Shown here piece by piece: positions 18,274 through 26,845 of a DNA stretch of 32,869 nucleotides. Location of the stretch: the IMG/VR virus record IMGVR_UViG_649633094_000002, one strand, 5' to 3'. A program made the position numbers and the translations under genes. Under the pieces are notes generated by a model, which saw nothing but the letters and a program-made list of their open reading frames with translations, ran no database searches and was not told the DNA's origin. Within the stretch, counting starts at the first letter, position 1. Every line of letters starts with the position of its first letter. Source of the DNA: an uncultured virus (IMG/VR IMGVR_UViG_649633094_000002) (Duplodnaviria; Heunggongvirae; Uroviricota; Caudoviricetes).

Positions 18274-18296
18274 TATCGCTTTAACGGTATAGATAC
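18253..18296 (-). repeat. Putative att-like site 3, inverted relative to sites 1 and 2
   Basis: Minus strand GTATCTATACCGTTAAAGCGATATATGCCTGGTTTACCATGAGC. The right half matches sites 1 and 2 at 20/22; the left half keeps ATCT at the same offset. Confidence 0.6.
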
Positions 18297-18576
18297 ATAG
18301 CCTTAAAACCGCCTAATATCGTCATTTTTCACACTTTATTTGAACGTTCAAAAAAGTGTGTTTTCGTAGATGACCGAGCCTATTTTGTACCGACTTTCAT
18401 TTTCAATATCTAAAATTGATATTTCGTATATCAATCATTCATAGCTGTGATATTGAACGCAAAAAATAATAATATAATAATTTTAACCTCGCATTTCTTA
18501 TTCATCGTGACAAAATATCGGTGCATTATTTATCCATAGTGAACTTGTAATTTGTTTCGATAAAAGCACAAAGCAA

Positions 18577-18614
18577 TCTCCCCTTGTATCATTGAGAAAT
18601 AATACAAGGGGAGA
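18577..18614 (-). terminator. Hairpin downstream of the AAA/PD-(D/E)XK gene
   Basis: TCTCCCCTTGTAT (18577-18589) pairs with ATACAAGGGGAGA (18602-18614). Confidence 0.65.
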
Positions 18615-18640
18615 AATTATCTCTGTGAAATTTTGAAAGT

Positions 18641-20242
18641 TTACTTTGTGACCGTTTCTATCGTGCAAGTATGAACCTTAGTCTTTTCATCATAGTTGAT
18701 GCCGACAAGTATGATCTTACCTTTACGGTTCTTTAGGATAGTCGGATATTCACGGTCTTTGATCTGCTGAATGGCTGCCGTGTCAGACTTGTTCCATTTC
18801 AGCTCGATAACAAGTGTCGGATCGGTAGCCTTACGAGGAATGAAAACAACATCAGCGATACCCTTACCGCTTGGAAGCTCCTCGATCTTCATGTAGTTAT
18901 CAACACAAACGATATAGGCAAACTTGATAACATACCTGAGTGCCTGCTCGTCATTGTAATAGGTGGGAGCATAGTTCATCATACGAATTTCGTCAATGGC
19001 TTTCGCAACAGCTTCTTCATTTCCGCTTATTGTATCTTGCAGGAGCTTTTTGGAATTACTGAGAAGATCGACCAGCACTTCATGCTTGGTCATTTTAAGG
19101 ATATTGGAAAATTCAAGCCTGATTTCGTCGTTCGGGATATGAACAAACTCCCTGATGATCTCGTCCTCGTCATCGCCCTCTCCGAGTATCTCAACTTTCT
19201 GTTCGTATGCCAGATAGCCGAGGTGAACAAGTAAGGTCAGAACATCGTCTTTCAGCTTGAATCCTGTTACGTCATTCTTAAAACTGCTTGTGTTGATCTC
19301 AATGGTCTCGCCAGCAATAAGCTGTGCAATATCCCCTTGCAGACCTTCTTCGTCCATTTCAATATAGTCAAGCAGATTATCCGCCGCCGAGGTCTGTCTC
19401 CAATACGATGTGTATTTTTTCTTTTTGGCAGCACAGATAACCGAATACGGGTTGTAAACAGACTGAACATCACCAACAGTATAGCCGTCATACCATTTCT
19501 TCATCTTGCGGAAGTCAGCGTGATATTTGTCGCATATCTTATGAACATCTTCTTCCAAAAAACCAGTATATTTTGCAAATTCATCAGGCTCTATGATTGA
19601 ATGTTCCTCAAAATCAGATATAGCAGACTGTGAACCATCTTTCTTTATAGGCAGGATACCTGTCATATATGCTGCGGCAAATATCTTGGGCGTTGTTGAA
19701 CTGCTTTTAAAAAGCATACGCAAGAACAGTAGGTATTCTTTGGAATTGACCATAGACTCACGAATGGGTGCGTCCCACTCGTCTATTATCATCACAATTT
19801 TTCTGCCTGTTTTTTCTACTGCGTTAATAAGCGTTTGATCGAATGATGAACCTTTTATGATGTTTGTATCAGTAGCAAGGATTTCATTTTCAACGTTGTC
19901 CTTAATGAATTGAATCAGCTTCTCAGGTTCAACTTTTTCAAGCAAATTTGTCATATCAAGATAAATAACATGATATTTATTGATATTACTCTCATAGGTT
20001 CTATCGCTGCTGATCTCATACTTTTCAAAAAGGCTGTGAGAATCGCAAGTGTAGTCATAGTAGGCACAAAGCATTTTAGCAGCATAAGACTTGCCGAAAC
20101 GGCGCGGACGGCTGATACACACCAATTTGCTCGGAGTATTGATACGCTGATTTATCAAGGCGATAAGACCTGTCTTATCAATGTAGTCACCATTCAGCAC
20201 TTCCTCAAATCCGCTGTTGCCGGGATTGAGATATGTTCCCAT
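18641..20242 (-). CDS. AAA-ATPase-like protein with a C-terminal PD-(D/E)XK nuclease domain
   Basis: YIDKT, RPRRFGKS Walker A, IIDEWD Walker B, YNPYS, and C-terminal GIADVVF...VIELK. The start is moved to ATG 20242 (GGAGGTG RBS; the promoter lies inside the longer ORF call). Confidence 0.88.
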   Translation of the reverse strand: MGTYLNPGNSGFEEVLNGDYIDKTGLIALINQRINTPSKLVCISRPRRFGKSYAAKMLCAYYDYTCDSHSLFEKYEISSDRTYESNINKYHVIYLDMTNLLEKVEPEKLIQFIKDNVENEILATDTNIIKGSSFDQTLINAVEKTGRKIVMIIDEWDAPIRESMVNSKEYLLFLRMLFKSSSTTPKIFAAAYMTGILPIKKDGSQSAISDFEEHSIIEPDEFAKYTGFLEEDVHKICDKYHADFRKMKKWYDGYTVGDVQSVYNPYSVICAAKKKKYTSYWRQTSAADNLLDYIEMDEEGLQGDIAQLIAGETIEINTSSFKNDVTGFKLKDDVLTLLVHLGYLAYEQKVEILGEGDDEDEIIREFVHIPNDEIRLEFSNILKMTKHEVLVDLLSNSKKLLQDTISGNEEAVAKAIDEIRMMNYAPTYYNDEQALRYVIKFAYIVCVDNYMKIEELPSGKGIADVVFIPRKATDPTLVIELKWNKSDTAAIQQIKDREYPTILKNRKGKIILVGINYDEKTKVHTCTIETVTK

Positions 20243-20287
20243 AAAAATCACCTCCGTGATCGTAACACGATACACTTTATCTATTCT

Positions 20288-20316
20288 ATTATACCCTATA
20301 TCAAACAAAATTGCAA
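20288..20316 (-). promoter_or_regulatory. Promoter of the AAA/PD-(D/E)XK gene
   Basis: On the minus strand: TTGCAA, 17-bp spacer, TATAAT. Confidence 0.7.
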
Positions 20317-20366
20317 GAGGTCACAACTAATTTCTTCCGAAAAATCGTAGGCTGTGACCTCCTGCA
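20312..20366 (-). terminator. Hairpin after the recombinase triplet
   Basis: TGCAAGAGGTCACA (20312-20325) pairs with TGTGACCTCCTGCA (20353-20366), with one mismatch. Confidence 0.5.
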
Positions 20367-20375
20367 TATGTAACA

Positions 20376-22013
20376 TTACTTCTCTACCGCCACATTCATT
20401 TCATGCCCATCCTTGAAGATGATCTGCACCTCGTTCTTGGACAGTACCCTGATAACCTCAATGACCTTGCGGACGGTCACATCGTCATATTCGGCAAGGT
20501 GGCAGTCATGACGGCGCAGCTCCTCACCGACAGCCATGAGAGCGTATTTCTTCTCATCACTCAGCTTGGCTTTGGTCTGCATATCGTCAAGCTGGGTTTT
20601 CAGGTAGGCTTCCTCGTCGTTCAGGCTCTCAAAGTTTTTGTCGAGGGCATCTTCATCGACTGCACCGCTTGTGATCTGACGGACAAGTGAATCCCTCTCG
20701 TCCTCTATTTCTTCAAGGCGTTTCTGTATTTTGGCAGTCTGTTTCTGCATATCGCCATTGTCGCCGATGACAGCAAGGATATTCTGCTCCATTCGGGCAA
20801 GCATATCGCCGTTTCGGGAATAGACAGCGTTCAGAGCCTTGACGATAGCATTTTGCAGGCTTTCTTCGCTGATTGAGGGAGAATGTTTGCAGTATTTACT
20901 GCCGTGATCGAGCCTGCTGATACACCGCCACACGATACGCTTGTGACCGTGTGAAGTCCATGTTACCCTTCGGTATGCCGTTCCGCACTCTCCGCATATT
21001 AGAATATCGGTCAGGGCGTATTTGCTTGAATACTGCCCCAATTCCGTCCTTGCCTTTGCAGAGCGTTTCTTGATCGCTCCACGCTTCGCAAGTTCCTGCT
21101 GAACACGATTATATGTATCACGGTCGATAATGGCAGGGTGGCAGTCATGAACGATGTACTTATTTTTCTCGCCGTTGTTCTTGACACGCTTGTGGGTGAT
21201 GCAGTCGATGGTGTAGCTTTTTTGGAGGATTGCATCGCCTGCGTATTTCTCATTTTTGAGGATGAAATTCACATTCGCCCTGTTCCATGTTGACGAACCG
21301 CTTCGGCGTTTGATACCCTCCGACTGCAATTGATCTGCGATGCCCTGCATACTCATACCGTCAAGAAACATGACATAGATACGGCGGACAATCTCCGCTT
21401 CTTCCTCCACTATATACGGCACACCGTCCTCGCCCATGCGGTAGCCGAGTGTCTTGTCGAGAACATACTTGACCTTGCCCTCACGGAAAGATTTCTCGAT
21501 ACCCCACGATACATTTTTGCTGATACTCTCGCTCTCTGCCTGAGCGAATGAACCATACAGCGATATGATAAATTCGCTGTTCATCATCATGGTGTTAATG
21601 TTCTCTTTCTCAAAAATAACGCCAATGCCGAGCAGTCTCAGTTCACGGATATATTCAAGACAATCCACAGTATTTCGGGCGAAACGGCTGATTGACTTGC
21701 ACAGCACAAGGTCGATTTTCTTTTGCTGACACTTGCGTATCATCTTGTTGAACTGCTTGCGGTTCTTGGTCTGCGTACCGCTGATGCCCTCGTCTGCGAA
21801 TATGCCTGCAAGCGTCCATTCGGGGTTGGAGTTGATGAGGTTCGTGTAGTATTCTATCTGCACCTGATAGCTGTTCGCCTGTTCCTCGCTGTCGGTGGAT
21901 ACACGGCAGTAGGCAGCCACACGAATTTGCCTGTATTTGGACTGTTTCAGCTCGGCAGGCGAGAGGGCAGGTATCATCGTAACATTGGAAGCCATATCGT
22001 TATTCTTCGGCAT
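20376..22013 (-). CDS. Large serine recombinase (third gene of the triplet)
   Basis: AAYCRVSTD, DLVLCKSISRFARN and CGECG; closely similar to 14181-15779; AAGGAGG RBS. Confidence 0.94.
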   Translation of the reverse strand: MPKNNDMASNVTMIPALSPAELKQSKYRQIRVAAYCRVSTDSEEQANSYQVQIEYYTNLINSNPEWTLAGIFADEGISGTQTKNRKQFNKMIRKCQQKKIDLVLCKSISRFARNTVDCLEYIRELRLLGIGVIFEKENINTMMMNSEFIISLYGSFAQAESESISKNVSWGIEKSFREGKVKYVLDKTLGYRMGEDGVPYIVEEEAEIVRRIYVMFLDGMSMQGIADQLQSEGIKRRSGSSTWNRANVNFILKNEKYAGDAILQKSYTIDCITHKRVKNNGEKNKYIVHDCHPAIIDRDTYNRVQQELAKRGAIKKRSAKARTELGQYSSKYALTDILICGECGTAYRRVTWTSHGHKRIVWRCISRLDHGSKYCKHSPSISEESLQNAIVKALNAVYSRNGDMLARMEQNILAVIGDNGDMQKQTAKIQKRLEEIEDERDSLVRQITSGAVDEDALDKNFESLNDEEAYLKTQLDDMQTKAKLSDEKKYALMAVGEELRRHDCHLAEYDDVTVRKVIEVIRVLSKNEVQIIFKDGHEMNVAVEK

Positions 22014-22869
22014 TGTTAACCTCCTTGTATGCGATGCGCTTTCCGTTTCTGAACTCTATCGCTATAACCTTGTTTTCATCAACGGTTATTCTGCTTACGA
22101 TCTGCAATAAAAGCTCCGTATCAATCGTTTCGGAAGGCTCATGTCCTGCAATCAGGTCTTGAAGCTCCTGCGTGATATACGGCTCTCTGCTGTATGTGCA
22201 GGCGTTGTATTTCATGACTGCCAGCGCAAGCGTTTTCGACTTTATCAGCTCATATTCAATGGGCTGAACAGCACAGAGCTGAGATATTTCCTTTTCTGCC
22301 TGCCGTATTTCTTCGGTAGGCTCATACACAGTCAGAGGCGTACCTGTTTCAAGCATATCGGAATTACCGACAACATCGTTCATAATGCTCTGCACCACCG
22401 ACACGAAATAATCATCGGGAATCCTCGGCTTAAAGTTCGCACAGCCCTTACGAGTACACCGCCACCGTTTGTAGCCTGTCCTGTCGGAGAAATGCACCAT
22501 ATTCGTACCGCACACGGTACAATAGGACAGCTTTTTCAGCACCGTGTAGGTATCGGGGACTTTCACTTTTTTGGCTGAGTTTCCGATATTTGAAGCGCCG
22601 AAAATGTCCTCCGAAATGATTGCAGGATAGCCGTCCGCACCGCAGTACCGCCCGTCACGGAGAATGCCGTACACCTTGTCGATAGCTTTTTTCTTATCCT
22701 CCGAGAAATAGGGTATCTGTTCATCATAGAGTGCTGCACCGATCTTACTGCCAGATAAGCCGTTTGCCTTTTCGTCAAAGATACGGCGGATTATCTCGGC
22801 TTCACCAATATCAACAGCGATCCTGCCCTCTGCCCAAATGTAGCCGTAGGGGGTCTTTTTAATTGCCAT
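22000..22869 (-). CDS. Recombinase-domain/zinc-ribbon protein lacking the catalytic domain (middle gene of the triplet)
   Basis: Starts at a TPYGY recombinase-domain motif, with YPAIIS and CTVCG...WRC; no YxRVS motif. The likely start is ATG 22869, overlapping the upstream gene. Confidence 0.82.
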   Translation of the reverse strand: MAIKKTPYGYIWAEGRIAVDIGEAEIIRRIFDEKANGLSGSKIGAALYDEQIPYFSEDKKKAIDKVYGILRDGRYCGADGYPAIISEDIFGASNIGNSAKKVKVPDTYTVLKKLSYCTVCGTNMVHFSDRTGYKRWRCTRKGCANFKPRIPDDYFVSVVQSIMNDVVGNSDMLETGTPLTVYEPTEEIRQAEKEISQLCAVQPIEYELIKSKTLALAVMKYNACTYSREPYITQELQDLIAGHEPSETIDTELLLQIVSRITVDENKVIAIEFRNGKRIAYKEVNNAEE

Positions 22870-24403
22870 TCCTATCCAACCTTTCTGTAAATTCAAGTCC
22901 GCTGGGCAGCCTGAAAGTCAGCGTATCGCCCGAAATGGTGATGCTCTCGACTGCTGTTTCAAGTATCTCCTTACGGGCTTCGGGAGTGCCGTCATAGCCT
23001 TTGAAAAGCTCTGCAAGAGTTTCCATATCATCAATGGTCTTGTCCTTGTTCTCACTTGCCCTGTCCATACTGCGTGACAGGCTGCTGATCTGCATATCAA
23101 TTTCCGTGACCTCACGGTCATACTTCTCGGTGGTGATAAAGCGTTTTCTGTACAGCGTGGCGAGCCTGAGCTTCTGCTCTTTCAGGTCGGCAATGGTTTT
23201 TAGCTGATTTGCTCCCTCTGCCGTACCGTATTCCATAAGTCTTTGAAGCTCCGTGAGCTGTGCATAGCACTTGCCGATGATCTCCGCATTATGGGTATGG
23301 AGCTTGTCGCACAGTGCTGTGAAAGCAGTCTGCAATTCATCAGCATATAAAACAGTGTTATTGCAGGGATTGCCGACATCGTAGCGATAACCGCATTGCC
23401 AATAATCACGCTTTTTGGAGCGTATCAGGGCATATGTGTGACCGCATTTTCCGCAAATCAGCTTCTTTCTGAATGGCGATTCGACCTTAGTGCTTTTCTG
23501 AGGTGTGGACGCTTTCCGCATATCCCTGACAAGGGCGAATTTCTCCTTGCTAATGATGGCAGGGTGGCTGCCCTCGATGTAATACTGCGGCACCTGTCCC
23601 GAATTGGGAATGAACTTCTCACCCATGAATTTGGAGTAGGTTTTCTGCCAGAGTGTATCGCCGATATACTTCTCCTGTTCCAGAATGTTCAGCACCGTCT
23701 TTTGATTCCACGCTTTACCTGTGGGTGAGGGTATGCCCTCATCGGTCAGAGTAAGAGCGATCTTCCTTGCACCCATTCCGCTGATATACATATCGAATAT
23801 CCTGCGGACGACCTCGGCTTTATCGGGTTCGATGATGAGCTTGCCTGTTTTCTTCTCTTTGGTGTAACCGTAGGGGACACGGCAATGCCCGAACGTACCC
23901 GATGCCATTTTCTTTTGAATGCCCCAGCGGACGTTGTTGGATATGGACTGTGATTCCTCCTGCGCCAGACCGCCCATGACGGTTATCATCATTTCGTCCG
24001 ATAGCCTTGCCGTGTCGATATTTTCTTTCTCAAATGCTATGGTGATGCCCAGCTCTTTCAGCTCTCGGATAGATTTCAGGCAGTCCTTAGTATTTCGGGC
24101 GAAACGGCTGATAGACTTCGTGACGATACGGTCGATTTTGCCAGCCCTGCAATCCTCCATGAGCCTTTGAAACTCCACACGCTTATCCATGCTCGTCCCC
24201 GAAATGCCCTCATCTGCGTACACACCGACAAGCTCCGATGTCTCCGAACCTCTGTACAGGCTCGTGAAGTACCGCACCTGTGTTTCGTAGGAATGCTCCT
24301 GATCGTCCTTGTTGCTCGATACTCTGCAATACGCAGCCACTCTGATACGTCCCTGCCTGATCTGCGACACGGCAGGGATCACTGTCATTTTCTTCATAAA
24401 CAT
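22859..24403 (-). CDS. Large serine recombinase (first gene of the triplet)
   Basis: AAYCRVSS, DRIVTKSISRFARN, VPYGY and CGKCG; similar to the first ~490 aa of 12155-14188. Confidence 0.94.
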   Translation of the reverse strand: MFMKKMTVIPAVSQIRQGRIRVAAYCRVSSNKDDQEHSYETQVRYFTSLYRGSETSELVGVYADEGISGTSMDKRVEFQRLMEDCRAGKIDRIVTKSISRFARNTKDCLKSIRELKELGITIAFEKENIDTARLSDEMMITVMGGLAQEESQSISNNVRWGIQKKMASGTFGHCRVPYGYTKEKKTGKLIIEPDKAEVVRRIFDMYISGMGARKIALTLTDEGIPSPTGKAWNQKTVLNILEQEKYIGDTLWQKTYSKFMGEKFIPNSGQVPQYYIEGSHPAIISKEKFALVRDMRKASTPQKSTKVESPFRKKLICGKCGHTYALIRSKKRDYWQCGYRYDVGNPCNNTVLYADELQTAFTALCDKLHTHNAEIIGKCYAQLTELQRLMEYGTAEGANQLKTIADLKEQKLRLATLYRKRFITTEKYDREVTEIDMQISSLSRSMDRASENKDKTIDDMETLAELFKGYDGTPEARKEILETAVESITISGDTLTFRLPSGLEFTERLDRNGN

Positions 24404-24510
24404 CAGCTCCTGTTTTTACTGTTCAGATTTTGATACATATTTACGGTTTAGATGACCTGTTGCTTTTTGAATACGGAACAAGCAATTCGCCTGTTCCGTA
24501 CCAATTCCGT

Positions 24511-24720
24511 TTAATCTTCGTCAGTGCAGTATGTCAGCCCATTCTGCAACTGGATAAAAATGCACTCGTTTCTTTCATGCTCCTCGCCGTCCGATGCCAT
24601 CATCGCTTCAAGAAAGAAATGCTGTGCGTCTTCACGGTCAGACCATACACGTTTTACTCCGTTGCAGACGGTTGTAATCTTGCGACTGCGGTTCATTGCC
24701 AATTCGGGGATTTTAAGCAT
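24511..24720 (-). CDS. Small hypothetical protein
   Basis: GGAGG RBS, overlap with the upstream ORF, and co-orientation with the element's operon. Confidence 0.6.
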   Translation of the reverse strand: MLKIPELAMNRSRKITTVCNGVKRVWSDREDAQHFFLEAMMASDGEEHERNECIFIQLQNGLTYCTDED

Positions 24721-24964
24721 CTGTGATACCTCCTAAACCATAATCTTCGATAGACGGATAACTGGAGAAGATCATATCACGGTCAAGCTCGTCAATTTTT
24801 CTGCGCTGTTCCTCGGTGATAAGGTTCTTGCTGACGAGGTCGGCAAGAATTTCACGGCTGACAGCGTAATAATACTCTGCCTGACCGTAGCGTGTCCGCT
24901 CCGTTACACTGTCGCTCTTTGTACAGAGAGCCGATGTACTTTCGTAGGATATTCCGTTAAGCAT
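24713..24964 (-). CDS. Small protein upstream of the serine recombinases (SHOCT-like; candidate directionality/accessory factor)
   Basis: GGAGG RBS before ATG 24964; the LADLVSKNLITEEQ..KI pattern resembles SHOCT. The function is inferred from position only. Confidence 0.6.
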   Translation of the reverse strand: MLNGISYESTSALCTKSDSVTERTRYGQAEYYYAVSREILADLVSKNLITEEQRRKIDELDRDMIFSSYPSIEDYGLGGITDA

Positions 24965-25304
24965 TGTTCCTCCTTCCCCTTGTCGGGGAGACATGGAATA
25001 CCCTCATCTTCAATGTTACACTTTAAAGCGGTGAAAGTCAACTGTTTCGCAGCAAGTTTGGAGATGCGCCGCAAGAGTGACACTGAAAAGGGATATTCCC
25101 CGGTTGATTTTGCACATACATATAGCAATACAAGAAAATAGCAGCATAAAGATTTCGAGAGAAAATTTCACAGTGCAAGGAAAACGACCGCAGTTGGGCT
25201 GTCGCCCTGCAAGGGAGTTTGACGCAGCAATGTGGAATTTTATCCGAAAGATTTGTGTTGGTATTTTCTTGGATTGCTATAATATAGGTGCGACTTACAA
25301 AAAT

Positions 25305-25465
25305 GGTGTCTTGGTGTCTGAATGGCGTAATATCGCCGTTTTGGGTGTCTGGTTTGCCGTCTTATCAGACAGAAAGGTGTCTGCTCCATACACCCTGCCT
25401 GTCTTTCATACACCATTTCAGACATCTGAAACAACGTAATATCGCCGATAAGACACCAAGACACC
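25305..25465. repeat. Mirror-symmetric GGTGTCT heptamer array (candidate replication origin)
   Basis: Forward heptamers at 25305, 25313, 25344 and 25376; reverse copies ending at 25394, 25414, 25426, 25457 and 25465. A direct repeat CGTAATATCGCCG occurs at 25326 and 25435. Confidence 0.75.
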
Positions 25466-25471
25466 TTAAAC

Positions 25472-26845
25472 TCAGGTCGATATATATTTTATAGCGATAC
25501 CTCTGAATCCTCTGACGGTCTTTCCACCTACTGAGATGTTATTGGTGTACTTGATGCTGAACTGGTCGCTGTTCTGCTTTACCCAGCTTGTGAAAGTGTC
25601 TCGCTTCAATGCCGTCAGAGCATTATCATCACACCATCGGTAATAACTGTCATATAGTGCCGCCGATGAAACGCACAGCTTTTCCCCATACATCACCCTG
25701 TCCGTATCTTCCAGAAACTCCGTGATATTGCAGTTATCCTGCATAGTCTCCATGACGTTCTGCCTTGCCCTGTCGGATATCGTGAAGCGGTAATTGTTGG
25801 CAAGCAGGCGGAGCAGTCCGTCATACATCCAGCAGAAAATCTTCTCTTTCTCAGCGATGAATTTCTCGGCGATATAGGGGTCAATAATTCGCCTTTCGGG
25901 CGGCGGCAGGGTGGTAAGGATTATCATTCGGCGTGAGAAGCCCTTGCTCTTGTCATAGAGCGTTTTGGGACTGCCGTTGCCGAAGCACAAAAGCCGTGTA
26001 TACAAGAGCGCCTGTTCCGACTGCTTGCCCTTTGCTTCAACATCTATGGGCGTTTCGGCGGTGACGAGGTTCTTGATGTAACCCGTTGAGGACAGCGCCT
26101 GCATTTGCATATCGTCATCTATCATAAGCAGACGGTCTTTCAGATTGTAGCGAAAAAAGCGGTCTGTCTCGATTCGGTGGATATTGCCCGTAAGCATATT
26201 ATCCCTGAAAATCTCACGGAGTACGATGCCGATGCGAGACTTTCCCTCGCCGCCCTGACCTATGAGAAACATCATCTTTTGCCCTTTCGTGGAGGGTATC
26301 AACAGATAGCCGAGATATTCCTGCAAAGTGACCACATCTTCCGGTGTGAGCAGTTCCAACAGAAACGTCATGAACTGTTCGGGATAATAAGCACCGTTTC
26401 GGATATTCGGGTCATAGCAGATGTTCAGGCGGTTGGTGCAGAACTCCCTGTTGGGATAGAAGTTCCCTTGGAGGTCCAGCTTTCCGTTCTGAACATGGAT
26501 AAAGTTCATGTCGGGCGGTATAGGCTCGCTGTATGTATAGAGCCTGAGCGCGTCCATTATCTGCACGACTTTCTTTGACAGCCCTATCCACACACCCAGA
26601 CGGAGCATACGATAGACCTCGTTGCCGAGTGCGTTCTCGTCCACAAGTCCGTCATAATCGAAGAACCGTCCGCCGATGCATTTCATAGGGTGCTTCTGCG
26701 TGAACAGCTTGCAGAATTTCAGCTCATTAACGGTGGTCTTGTCCAGCATCCAATCGGGAAGCTCACGCTCTTTCTTCTTTTCAGGTGAAACGGTTGCCGA
26801 GGCATTCTCCCCATTCTTCGATACATCGTTTGTATTCTCGTTCAA
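25472..26845 (-). CDS. SF3 (D5/P4-primase-family C-terminal) helicase
   Basis: LQEYLGYLL, Walker A GQGGEGKS, Walker B MIDDD, GFSRRMII and C-terminal GFRGI; TTG start with a GGAGG RBS. Confidence 0.88.
   Translation of the reverse strand: MNENTNDVSKNGENASATVSPEKKKERELPDWMLDKTTVNELKFCKLFTQKHPMKCIGGRFFDYDGLVDENALGNEVYRMLRLGVWIGLSKKVVQIMDALRLYTYSEPIPPDMNFIHVQNGKLDLQGNFYPNREFCTNRLNICYDPNIRNGAYYPEQFMTFLLELLTPEDVVTLQEYLGYLLIPSTKGQKMMFLIGQGGEGKSRIGIVLREIFRDNMLTGNIHRIETDRFFRYNLKDRLLMIDDDMQMQALSSTGYIKNLVTAETPIDVEAKGKQSEQALLYTRLLCFGNGSPKTLYDKSKGFSRRMIILTTLPPPERRIIDPYIAEKFIAEKEKIFCWMYDGLLRLLANNYRFTISDRARQNVMETMQDNCNITEFLEDTDRVMYGEKLCVSSAALYDSYYRWCDDNALTALKRDTFTSWVKQNSDQFSIKYTNNISVGGKTVRGFRGIAIKYIST

Noticed and set aside
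18339..18351. GAAC/GTTC palindrome considered as a LexA (SOS) box
   Set aside because: The Firmicutes box is GAAC-N4-GTTC; here there is no spacer.
25305..25465. Repeat cluster considered as a CRISPR array
   Set aside because: The repeats are 7-15 bp, inverted and unevenly spaced, and there are no cas genes in the window.
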